Shown here: positions 50,748-60,432 of the stretch, piece after piece
Numbering within the stretch: the first letter of the stretch is position 1
Layout: the number at the start of each line of letters is the position of its first letter
From: Bacteroidales bacterium
GTDB taxonomy: Bacteria; Bacteroidota; Bacteroidia; Bacteroidales; UBA12077
Assembly: GCA_028282585.1 (NCBI GenBank)
Contig: JANQHR010000040.1
Location: forward strand, 1 to 64,000
Direction: 5' to 3'
DNA: 64,000 nt
Made by a program: the position numbers and the translations under genes
The notes under the pieces: model-generated
The model's input: only the letters and a program-made list of their open reading frames with translations
Told to the model about the DNA's origin: nothing
The model's database searches: none

Positions 50748-52955
50748 ATGAATTTAAAAAAGTGGAAATATATTGCTATTCTGGTTCTGGTTTTAATTAA
50801 TTCTAACATATATTCACAAAATAAACAAGACAGCCTTTCTGCATTCAGTTTGAACTCAGGTTCTTTAAATGCTGCCATTGAATTAATCGACTTATCGGAG
50901 CATCATTATACAAGAGGAAACTTAACCAAAGCCATTGTACTTAGTTTCGATGCTTTATCAATAGTAGAGAATAATAATTCAACAGAGTTATTATTCAATA
51001 TATATATTAATTTAGGTAAAATTTATCTGGTTCTTAAAGATTATGAAAAATCATATTATTATATTAATCGGGCTTACCTCATCTCCTTAGAAACAGAAAA
51101 ACATGATTTAAAAATCAATTCAATTAATAATCTTACAACATTTTATTATAAGATTAATGAAATTGACAGTGCCTCTAAATATTCAAACATCGCTTCATCA
51201 AAATATGACATTAGTAATTATGGAGATAATTTAGCCCAAACCCTGCACAATCAGGCTCTGGTATTTAAATATTATCGTAAATATGAAGATGCAATTAATT
51301 CGTTTAAAAAATCCATTGAAATTTGTAAAAATGAAAATAATAACCTTCTGCTGTTAGAAAACTTTATTTCGCTAAGCGAAACATATTTACTTTTAGAAGA
51401 AATTACAAAAGGAGAAATTTACATTAACAAATGCTTGGTAATTTTAGATAATCATACCCTTTTAAATGAATATAAAGTATATAAAGTATTATCAAAAATA
51501 TATCAAACCAAAGGATTTTATAAAGAATCCTTACAGAATTATCAAAAATATGTAAATTTAAAAGACTCTGTTTTACATTCATCATTGATTAAAAATGTTG
51601 CAAATTTAAAAACCACTATCGATTTACGTAAAAGAATAAATGCAATAAATTCATTATCAAAAACAAACGAAAATCAAAAAGCTTTTATTTCAAAACAACA
51701 AAAGAATAAACTTATTCTTATTGCTGTATCTCTTATATTTATTTTACTTATTGTAATTCTAATTTTATTATTTAATGGAAAACAAAAAGCAAATAAAATA
51801 TTAAAGAAACAAAATGAACTTATTAGAGCAAATAATATTGAGATTAAGCAAAAAACAAATCATCTTACAGAAGTTAATCGTGAATTAGAAAAATTAAGTA
51901 TTGCAGCAAGCCAAACAGACAATGCCATACTTATTACAAATACAGAGGGTGAAATTGAATGGATAAACGAAGGATATACAAGACTATACGGATATTCCTT
52001 AAACGAACTAATTCAAGAGAAGGGAAAAACTTACAAACAAACAATATCAAATACTGATATTCATTCTATTGTTGAAAATGTAATAAAAGAAAAAAAATCA
52101 CAGATTTTTGAAGCAAAAGTAGGCTCAAAACAAGGAAAAACATATCGAATAAACACGACATTAACCCCCATTTTGGATTCAAATAATGAAGTAATAAAAC
52201 TAATTGCAATTGATTCGGATGTAACTAAATTAAAAGAAGTTGAAGAAGAGTTACAAAAGCTTTTAATTACTAAAGATAAATTCTTTTCAATTATAGCCCA
52301 TGATTTAAAAAATCCTTTTAACTCCATTATGGGATTAGCGCAACTCTTGGTTCATGGTTATGATCGATTAAGTGAAGAAAAAATAAAATACTATCATAGT
52401 AATTTATACCAAATCTCAAAAAATGGATATGAATTATTAATAAATCTTTTGGAATGGTCGAGATCCCAAATGGGAACCATGCAATTTATACCAACTGAAA
52501 TAAATCTATGTTCAATGGTAGAGGAAACTTTTTCCTTATATAAAGGAAAAGCTGCTCAAAAGGAAATAACACTAACAAATGGTGTTAGGAAAGAATCAAC
52601 TGTTCATGCTGATCAAAACATGTTAAAAACGATTTTAAGAAATTTAGTATCTAATGCTTTAAAATTTACAGATCGCGGCGGTGCAGTTGAAATTATCGAG
52701 AATAATTTTAAAGAATATAAGGAAATCACAGTTCGGGATACCGGAATAGGTATAGAACCGGAAGATTTAAAAAAGCTTTTTGAGTTAGATAAAGGTTTTA
52801 CAACAGTGGGAACTGAAGAAGAAATGGGCACCGGATTAGGATTAGTTCTTTGTAAAGAATTTATTGAAAAACATACCGGTAAAATGCGGGTTGAGAGTAA
52901 AGTAGGTTTTGGTTCAAAATTTATTTTTACGCTTCCGGTTAAATCAAATATTTAG
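50748..52955 (+). CDS. TPR-sensor PAS histidine kinase
   Basis: Periplasmic TPRs, TM, PAS (IEWINEGY), AHDLKNP, SNALKF, DTGIG, GTGLGL; start set at the second Met. Confidence 0.9.
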   Translation: MNLKKWKYIAILVLVLINSNIYSQNKQDSLSAFSLNSGSLNAAIELIDLSEHHYTRGNLTKAIVLSFDALSIVENNNSTELLFNIYINLGKIYLVLKDYEKSYYYINRAYLISLETEKHDLKINSINNLTTFYYKINEIDSASKYSNIASSKYDISNYGDNLAQTLHNQALVFKYYRKYEDAINSFKKSIEICKNENNNLLLLENFISLSETYLLLEEITKGEIYINKCLVILDNHTLLNEYKVYKVLSKIYQTKGFYKESLQNYQKYVNLKDSVLHSSLIKNVANLKTTIDLRKRINAINSLSKTNENQKAFISKQQKNKLILIAVSLIFILLIVILILLFNGKQKANKILKKQNELIRANNIEIKQKTNHLTEVNRELEKLSIAASQTDNAILITNTEGEIEWINEGYTRLYGYSLNELIQEKGKTYKQTISNTDIHSIVENVIKEKKSQIFEAKVGSKQGKTYRINTTLTPILDSNNEVIKLIAIDSDVTKLKEVEEELQKLLITKDKFFSIIAHDLKNPFNSIMGLAQLLVHGYDRLSEEKIKYYHSNLYQISKNGYELLINLLEWSRSQMGTMQFIPTEINLCSMVEETFSLYKGKAAQKEITLTNGVRKESTVHADQNMLKTILRNLVSNALKFTDRGGAVEIIENNFKEYKEITVRDTGIGIEPEDLKKLFELDKGFTTVGTEEEMGTGLGLVLCKEFIEKHTGKMRVESKVGFGSKFIFTLPVKSNI

Positions 52956-53048
52956 AAATCACCTTTTATTTAGCTTATATTAAATTTCTATCTCTTTTAT
53001 GCCTCTGTAAAAAATATTTTATACATTTATTTTTTAATTTTTAATCTT

Positions 53049-54110
53049 ATGAAAGAACCCTTAGCTCCCTTTAGTTGTACTTACAGCCCAAATGTACCCG
53101 AATTACTAAAAGATTTAAATATTTCTCTTGCATTAAGTACTTACCAGGCCGGTAAAGTAGTTTTTCTTTCGGCAACAGATAGAGAAAAAATGATTCAACT
53201 CCCACGCAACTTTGAAAAGGCCATGGGAGTTGCCATTTATAAAAATAAAATGGCTATAGCATCAAAAGATGAACTTACAATTTTAGCAAATGCACCAATT
53301 TTAGCAAAAGAATATCCTCCCAAACCGGGTGTTTACGATGCTCTTTATTTACCAAGATTAACATATTATACCGGACAACTTGCATTACACGATACTGCTT
53401 GGACCAAAAACGGATTAGTTTCGGTTAATACGAATTTTTCTTGTTTATCGGTTTTTGATTCTGAATTTAGTTTTAAACCCATTTGGAAGCCACCTTTTAT
53501 TACCGAATTACACCCCGAAGACAGATGTCACTTAAATGGTATGGCTGAACAAAATGGAGAAATAAAATATGTAACTGCATTAGGAAATTCAAATCAACCT
53601 CAAGGTTGGAGAGAAAATAAAATGAATGGAGGAATTTTAATGAATGTTCCGGAAGGCAAAGTTATTCTGGATAAATTACCTATGCCTCATTCACCACGAA
53701 TTTATAATAACAAACTTTATATGCTTTTATCTGCTGCTGGTGAATTAATTGAAGTAAACCCTGAAAAGGGAACCTATGAAACTTTAGTTAAAATTGGTTC
53801 ATTTGCCCGTGGAATGGCAAAATTCGGTGATTATCTTTTTATCGGAACCTCTAAGTTAAGACATAACACTTCAGCATTTAAAGATCTTCCAATAGCAAAA
53901 ACATCCGTAGCTGGAATTAAAATAATCTACTTACCTTATAAAAATATTATTGGAGCAATCGAATATCAAACAAGTGTTGAAGAAATTTATGATGTTCAGG
54001 TATTGCCCGGGATTAACCGTCCAAACATAATAAATCATAATCAGGATGTTCACAAATTAGGATTAGTTAGCCCGGATAATTCTTATTGGGCCAAAGTTGA
54101 AAATAAATAA
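53049..54110 (+). CDS. TIGR03032/DUF4915-family protein
   Basis: STYQAGK, SFKPIWKPPFI, EDRCHLNG, PHSPR, ARG, EIYDVQ; no signal peptide. Confidence 0.88.
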   Translation: MKEPLAPFSCTYSPNVPELLKDLNISLALSTYQAGKVVFLSATDREKMIQLPRNFEKAMGVAIYKNKMAIASKDELTILANAPILAKEYPPKPGVYDALYLPRLTYYTGQLALHDTAWTKNGLVSVNTNFSCLSVFDSEFSFKPIWKPPFITELHPEDRCHLNGMAEQNGEIKYVTALGNSNQPQGWRENKMNGGILMNVPEGKVILDKLPMPHSPRIYNNKLYMLLSAAGELIEVNPEKGTYETLVKIGSFARGMAKFGDYLFIGTSKLRHNTSAFKDLPIAKTSVAGIKIIYLPYKNIIGAIEYQTSVEEIYDVQVLPGINRPNIINHNQDVHKLGLVSPDNSYWAKVENK

Positions 54111-54305
54111 TCCATTGTTAAGGTTTTGTTAAGGTATTCATTTATGCTTCATTCTAAGATAAAGGTATTTTTATCATTACAATAGTTTTGCATCTTTTAT
54201 TCTTTAATTAAAAGTTAATCAAGAATTTACATCAAATGTTGAAATTTTGATTAACTTAGTATTCAAATGACTAAAAATTTTATTCTATAACTATAATTAC
54301 TGCTT

Positions 54306-57300
54306 ATGAAGAAACCATTACTTTACAAAAATCCAAAGTACTTTAAGTTATTTAAAAAATTTCGAAACCTGTACTTACGAATAAAAAGTATGCTCCATGA
54401 TGGATCATATTTTCTTTTAGCGGACCGATTTAAAAAATCTCTTTTTCAAAAGTTCAAATTACTATATGAACGTTTAAATAAAATGCAGTTAAACCTTGGA
54501 ATAAAAACTGCGGGCATAGCTACTGCTTTTCTCTTCATTAGTAATATTGTTGATGCTCAAACAGAAATGCCTAAGGTGTGGGTTGAGAATGAAAAGGGAA
54601 CCGATATCTTCAATAGTGGTATTATGCATGATGATTATACTATTGCAAAATTTGTAGATATTGATAACGATGGTGATGAAGACTTATTCTTAGCTGGCTT
54701 AGATAATAATTCTGGAAAATATTCCTTTAGGTTTTTTGAAAATCAAGGATATGGCGAAGAAGAAATGTTTATAGAGGAAAGTGAAGCAGATACTTTACTT
54801 CCATTTACAGGTTCCAGTTCTAATCCTCCATTTTTCGATTTTATGGATGTAGACGGAGATAACGATTTAGATGCATTCATAATTAACCATGCCGTTTCTG
54901 CAAAAGTTGAATATTACGAAAATATTGGAACTGTAAGTTCTCCTGAATTTGAGCCAGGTGATAATTGCGATAATCCATTTTATAATATTCTTTTTAACGC
55001 TTCAATAGTATTTGAAGATTTAGACGGTGATGATGACTTAGATGCTGTTTTACCCTATGACGGTGCAGTAAATTATTATGAAAATGATGCAGGCATTTTT
55101 ACCCATACTACAGGATCAGATAACCCTTTTAATAGTGTCTACCTTTATTATTATTCAGTTCTTGATTTTGAGGACATTGATGGTGATGGAGATATAGATG
55201 CAATAGTTGGGGACCAATGCTATGGTACCAGGTTCTTAGAAAACATTTCAACCACCGACTTAGCATATTTTGCTTTTTCATGCAACAATCCAATAGAATT
55301 TCAATATGGATATAACCATCATCCAAGTTTTGCAGACTTAGACGAAGATGATGATATGGATTTAATTGTATCTGACTATCGTCGAGAGAATATAAATTTA
55401 CAATATTATGAAAACGGCGTAGACACATTCATATTCCAGGGAGCTCCGCCTAAGGTTCAAATCCCAATAGTTCTTGAGTATGGACAAGCTTCTCTTTTTT
55501 TAGATTTAGACGATGATGGGGACCTAGACCTGTATATTGATAATAAATATTATAATGGTGCTGACCGCTTTTATGAGAATATTGGTAATAAAGAAAATCC
55601 CAAATTTAGAGCAAGAAATTTATCAGGTTTTGGATTACCTGAAAACCTGCATTACACCAGAGAATCATTTATTGATATTGATAATGATGGTGATTACGAT
55701 ATGTTTGTTGCTAATTACTATGCGTATTATGGCGATTATACCGAATACTATAAAAATATTGGAACACCGGAAAACTCAAACTTTGAATTACAAGATCAAT
55801 CAAACAACCCACTAAATGGGATATATGCGGGAGACTATATAAATGCATTAGCCATGGCGGACATGGACGAGGATGGTGATTATGATGTAATTTACAATAC
55901 CTATATATCTGGGTCAGGCAGCATGACATTTGTTTATGAAAATACGGGAACGGTTGAAGAAGCAAGTTTTGTTCAAGCAAGTTTTTCTGATAATCCTTTC
56001 GAAAACATATATTATCCTTATCATATGGTTTTTGAAGATATGGATAATGACGAGGACCTTGATTTGTTGATCGAAGAATGCGGAGGGTTTTCTTATTTTG
56101 AAAATATAGATGAAGCAAAATCTGACATTTATTTTATTGAAAGAACTGGCGAGCTTAACCCGTTAGATACAATGGGGAATGCTGACTCTAATTGGGGATT
56201 CGGAAGATTATTTGATGAAGATGAGATTGCTTTAATTCTTCAGGACCGTAGCTCTCCAGTTAAAGGTAAAGACTTTAAACCTGGCATAAAAGGGAATAAA
56301 GGCAAAAACTTTAAAGCTCCTGTTCCTGATGAGCTTGAAGTTAAATATTACAACTACAAGGACCTCCTCTCAATAGATGACAAAACTATATTGATGGATG
56401 AGAACACAACTGAAGAAACTTTAATTGAAACACTAGCTGCTGAATATTATGGAGACGGAACTTTAACTTATACATTAGATGATGACGGAGTATCAGTCCC
56501 ATTTAGTGTTACAGCTGACGAATTAAGCACAGCGTCAGGGTCAAGTTTCGATTTTGAAACATTAGATGATCCTAGTTATGAGTTTAAAATTAAAGTTAAT
56601 GATGGAACGTATACTGATTCTGCTTCCTATATTGTTACAATTGTCAATATTAACGATAATGCGCCAGTATTTAATGACCAAATAGTAAGCCTCGATGAAA
56701 ATCCTAGTGTTGATGATATTGTTGCAACCTTCAACGCTACCGATGCTGATGAACTTGGCGACTTAACATATTCAATAACAGCAGGAAATACCGATGATGC
56801 CTTTGAGATAAGTGGTAATACGGTTGTAGTTAAAACTGCAGGTGTTATAGATTATGAAACTTTATCCCAAACTACTTATTCTCTTACGGTAGAAGCTTCT
56901 GATGGAACATTGACAGATGATGCAACAATTACAGTTAATATCAATAATATTAATGATAATACACCTGTATTTAATGACCAAACAGTAAGTCTCGATGAAA
57001 ATCCTAGTGTTGACGATATTGTTGCAACCTTCAATGCTACAGACGCTGATAACTTGGGTGCTTTAACATATTCAATTGTTGATGGCAATACAGGTAATGT
57101 ATTCGAAATAAGCAATGATGACATTATTGTCAGCGCTGCAGAATTAATTGATTATGAAACATTGCCGCAGGATCATTACACATTAACTGTGCAAGCTTCC
57201 GATGGAACAAATACCGATGATGCTCAATTAACCGTAAACATCAATAACTTAAATGACAATGCTCCTGTGTTGGATGACCAAACAGTGAACATTGATGAAA

Positions 57301-57815
57301 GTCCTGCTAACGGCAGTCTGGTTGCGACATTAAATGCAACCGATGCTGATAATTTAGGTACTTTAACCTATTCCATTACTGCTGGAAATACCGACGAAGC
57401 ATTCGAAATTAGCACCAATACTGTTATTGTAAAAACAGGTAGTGTTATCGATTATGAAACTGTAACAAATCATCAATTTATTTTAACAGTTCAGGTTTCC
57501 GATGGAGAACTTACAGATGATGCTGCAATTACAGTTAATATTAATAATCCGACAGGAATTGAAGATATCTTGAAGAACGAATTGTTGTTCTACCCAAATC
57601 CTGCTAAAGATGAATTAAACCTGGTAATAGGTTCTGAACTAAAAGAGGAAATTGATATTAAGATTGTAAACAGCATTGGTAACATTGTTAGATCAGAGAA
57701 ATTTAATAATCAAAATGAATTTAGACTGGATGTTTCTAACTTAAGCTCTGGTATTTATTTCTTACAAGTAAACGTTGGAGAAGAAACAGTTACCAAGAAA
57801 ATAATTATTAAATAA
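54306..57815 (+). CDS. T9SS-secreted FG-GAP/VCBS-repeat protein with four cadherin domains and an extended N-terminal leader
   Basis: About nine DxDxDxDxD...(Y/F)EN...NPF repeats; cadherin motifs NDNxP, ATDAD, DYE; type A CTD (YPNPA...GIYFL...KIIIK). Confidence 0.9.
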   Translation: MKKPLLYKNPKYFKLFKKFRNLYLRIKSMLHDGSYFLLADRFKKSLFQKFKLLYERLNKMQLNLGIKTAGIATAFLFISNIVDAQTEMPKVWVENEKGTDIFNSGIMHDDYTIAKFVDIDNDGDEDLFLAGLDNNSGKYSFRFFENQGYGEEEMFIEESEADTLLPFTGSSSNPPFFDFMDVDGDNDLDAFIINHAVSAKVEYYENIGTVSSPEFEPGDNCDNPFYNILFNASIVFEDLDGDDDLDAVLPYDGAVNYYENDAGIFTHTTGSDNPFNSVYLYYYSVLDFEDIDGDGDIDAIVGDQCYGTRFLENISTTDLAYFAFSCNNPIEFQYGYNHHPSFADLDEDDDMDLIVSDYRRENINLQYYENGVDTFIFQGAPPKVQIPIVLEYGQASLFLDLDDDGDLDLYIDNKYYNGADRFYENIGNKENPKFRARNLSGFGLPENLHYTRESFIDIDNDGDYDMFVANYYAYYGDYTEYYKNIGTPENSNFELQDQSNNPLNGIYAGDYINALAMADMDEDGDYDVIYNTYISGSGSMTFVYENTGTVEEASFVQASFSDNPFENIYYPYHMVFEDMDNDEDLDLLIEECGGFSYFENIDEAKSDIYFIERTGELNPLDTMGNADSNWGFGRLFDEDEIALILQDRSSPVKGKDFKPGIKGNKGKNFKAPVPDELEVKYYNYKDLLSIDDKTILMDENTTEETLIETLAAEYYGDGTLTYTLDDDGVSVPFSVTADELSTASGSSFDFETLDDPSYEFKIKVNDGTYTDSASYIVTIVNINDNAPVFNDQIVSLDENPSVDDIVATFNATDADELGDLTYSITAGNTDDAFEISGNTVVVKTAGVIDYETLSQTTYSLTVEASDGTLTDDATITVNINNINDNTPVFNDQTVSLDENPSVDDIVATFNATDADNLGALTYSIVDGNTGNVFEISNDDIIVSAAELIDYETLPQDHYTLTVQASDGTNTDDAQLTVNINNLNDNAPVLDDQTVNIDESPANGSLVATLNATDADNLGTLTYSITAGNTDEAFEISTNTVIVKTGSVIDYETVTNHQFILTVQVSDGELTDDAAITVNINNPTGIEDILKNELLFYPNPAKDELNLVIGSELKEEIDIKIVNSIGNIVRSEKFNNQNEFRLDVSNLSSGIYFLQVNVGEETVTKKIIIK
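56641..57545 (+). repeat. Three tandem 300-bp cadherin repeats
   Basis: Units at 56641, 56941 and 57241 align at an exact 300-bp period. Confidence 0.9.
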
Positions 57816-57842
57816 GTTATTCATATTCTCTTTATAAATTTG

Positions 57843-57870
57843 AGTGTCTCTAAAATTGGGACACTCTTTT
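57843..57870. terminator. Hairpin terminator between convergent cargo and GT41 genes
   Basis: GAGTGTCTC-TAAAATT-GGGACACTC followed by TTTT. Confidence 0.7.
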
Positions 57871-60271
57871 ATTTAATATGAAAAGATTGTGCCACACTGC
57901 CAGATAAATAATTTTCCCAGATCTTGTCGAATCCTTTTTCAAGATTTCTGGCAAATTGCTTAGAATCAAATAAAGCTGAATTTAAAATACTGCTTTCCAA
58001 TTCCTGGCTTATTAACTCTAATTTATCAGGATTTTTTCCGTAATAAATTGCTCTTTCTTTATACTCTTCAATTGAAGTACAAATAAAATCATTTAAACCA
58101 GCTGCATTAAGGATAGAAGTTCCCATACGTGAAGCATTTGTATTTCCGGTATAAGTTAAAACAGGCAAGCCAGCCTGCAAAGCATTTACAGCAGTTGATC
58201 CCGCCGTATAATAAAATGTATCCAAAAATAAATTACAAACCGAATTTCTTGCCATATAATCAGGGAACGGTAAATTCTCTGCAAAAATTATTCTGCTAGA
58301 ATCTAAACTTCTTTTTTTTATCTCATTTATTACGTTTTGTTTATAAATACCTGATCCTCCTTTAAGTAAAAGAACACTTTCAGGTACTTTTTTCAGCACT
58401 TCAACCCAGATATCAAATATTTCAGGAGAGAGCTTATATTGAGAGTTAAAGCAACAATAAATAAAAACATTTTCAGGCAAATTAAAATCACTTCTTTTCT
58501 TTTTATCTTTATTAACATCCAAGACAGAACCCGGAAAGCCATAAGGCAATCGTACAACTTTTTCGTAATAATATGGTTCATGATCATGAGGAATCAATTG
58601 CTCATCACCAAAAATATATTGAATAAACGAATCTCCCATTGTACCAGGAAAACCAACCATTTGACACTGAACCGGGGCTGGTTGTAAAGCTAAAATTTCT
58701 GTTCTTGTATAGGTTGTGTAACCCGATAAATCGATTAAAATATCAATATTTAGATCATAGATCTTTTTTGCTGCCTGCCCTAGTGGAACGTTATATAAAG
58801 AAATAAAATGATCACAATGTTCTCTGAACTTATTCTGAATAGGGTCCTTTTCCAAATCAGCTATAATTGAAAAGCAGTATACCTCATATTCATCTTTGTT
58901 ATGTTCGCCAATAAAATCAACCGTTACTCTACCTGTCGGATGATCCCGAAAATCAGGTGAAATATAACCAATGCGAAGTTTTTCTTTCACCACTGGCCTA
59001 TGCTTAAACTTAACTTCAGATTTTAATCGTTCAACTTTTCTTAAATTATTTCTAGCTGTATGCTCTGATGCTCTTTTTAAAAATTCTTTATCTTGTTTAA
59101 AGTAGTTAAGGTTTAAAAATGGAATGGGAGCATTTGTTTCCTGTTCAATTTGTTTTAAACTTATTTCTCTTAAAGTTCTTTCATCATCTTTTCTTTGACT
59201 CCAATCACAAACATTTAATCTATGCCTAATTAATTCATGTTGAACAGTAAAATTATCCGGATTTACTCTTATCGCTTTTGATAAAAATTCTATGGCTTTT
59301 TCATCCTGCTTTAAATCACTGTATGATTTAGCCATCGCATATAATAAAAGATCCGAATCTTGATTAAGTTTATAGGCTAAATTATATGCCTTCTGCGCTT
59401 TTTTAAAAAAACCTGTTTGATGATAAGATATTCCTAATTGATACAAAGTTTCGTAATGTTCTGGAAATAATTCATGATTTTTTGATAAAAGCCTGATTGC
59501 CAATTTAAAATCTCCATTATTGATAGCAAGTATGGCAGACCCGAATAAAATATCAGGGATTTTTTGAGTTTTTTTGAATAAATCTTCAAATGCCTTCATA
59601 GCCTTTTCATAAGGGTAAATCCTTCCGTAAAGTTCCATCAAATTCTTATAACCTTTTTCCAATCCAGGATTTAATATTATGGCCCTTTCATATTCCTTTA
59701 AAGCTTCCTCATATTTATTTTTTAATTGTAAAATATTCCCAAAATTCAAATGAAGCTGAGCATTTTCAGGATTCAATTTGAGGGCTTTTCGATACAATTC
59801 TTCAGCTTTATCAACTTTTCCTGTACCATGGTATATATTACCTAAATTATTTAAAGCTATAATAGATTGAGGTTTTATTTCTAATACCTTATTATAAATT
59901 TCAATTGCTTCCTTATTTTTATTTTCTTTTCGATAAATTTTAGCAAGATTTATCATCGCAGGAGTATACTTCTCATCCAAAATAATTGATTGCGAAAAAA
60001 AATTTTTAGCATTCACTAAGTTATCTAATTGAATATATGCTTTACCAATATTATTTAATATCTCGGGGTTATTAGCATTTACTTTATTTGCCCTTTCTAA
60101 AAATCGTAAAGCTATGTTTGGTTTTTTAGCTTTTAAATACAACTTACCAGCGTTAACAAGCCCTTGTAAATGATTTGGATTTTGCTTTAGTATTTCTTGG
60201 TAAAGATTAAGTGCTTCTTGATATTTTCCTTCTTTATATTTTTGCAGTGCAATTATTAAGATATCTTCCAT
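57869..60271 (-). CDS. TPR-repeat GT41 glycosyltransferase (OGT/SPINDLY-like)
   Basis: About ten TPRs, then RIGYISPDFRDHP, DILIDLSGYT, APVQ..GFPGT, FNSQYK, LDTF..GST, ASRMG; no signal peptide. Confidence 0.92.
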   Translation of the reverse strand: MEDILIIALQKYKEGKYQEALNLYQEILKQNPNHLQGLVNAGKLYLKAKKPNIALRFLERANKVNANNPEILNNIGKAYIQLDNLVNAKNFFSQSIILDEKYTPAMINLAKIYRKENKNKEAIEIYNKVLEIKPQSIIALNNLGNIYHGTGKVDKAEELYRKALKLNPENAQLHLNFGNILQLKNKYEEALKEYERAIILNPGLEKGYKNLMELYGRIYPYEKAMKAFEDLFKKTQKIPDILFGSAILAINNGDFKLAIRLLSKNHELFPEHYETLYQLGISYHQTGFFKKAQKAYNLAYKLNQDSDLLLYAMAKSYSDLKQDEKAIEFLSKAIRVNPDNFTVQHELIRHRLNVCDWSQRKDDERTLREISLKQIEQETNAPIPFLNLNYFKQDKEFLKRASEHTARNNLRKVERLKSEVKFKHRPVVKEKLRIGYISPDFRDHPTGRVTVDFIGEHNKDEYEVYCFSIIADLEKDPIQNKFREHCDHFISLYNVPLGQAAKKIYDLNIDILIDLSGYTTYTRTEILALQPAPVQCQMVGFPGTMGDSFIQYIFGDEQLIPHDHEPYYYEKVVRLPYGFPGSVLDVNKDKKKRSDFNLPENVFIYCCFNSQYKLSPEIFDIWVEVLKKVPESVLLLKGGSGIYKQNVINEIKKRSLDSSRIIFAENLPFPDYMARNSVCNLFLDTFYYTAGSTAVNALQAGLPVLTYTGNTNASRMGTSILNAAGLNDFICTSIEEYKERAIYYGKNPDKLELISQELESSILNSALFDSKQFARNLEKGFDKIWENYLSGSVAQSFHIK

Positions 60272-60345
60272 AGGTTCAAATTTATCACAACGAACTTAGG
60301 AAATATTATTGAATTTTGGAATTTCTCTTCATTAAATTATAATTT

Positions 60346-60369
60346 AAAAACCCTCGCTTTCACGAGGGC
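60346..60369 (-). terminator. Terminator-like hairpin upstream of the GT41 gene
   Basis: Minus strand GCCCTCG-TGAAAG-CGAGGGT-TTTT. Confidence 0.6.
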
Positions 60370-60432
60370 TAACGCTTTTGCAAATTCTAAAAACTCTACT
60401 GATTTTTTTACAAATAACCCTAATCTAACTTT

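Noticed and set aside
54306-57815. Diversity-generating retroelement acting on the Tyr-rich or cadherin repeats
   Set aside because: No reverse transcriptase and no template/variable repeat pair with adenine-specific mismatches in the window.
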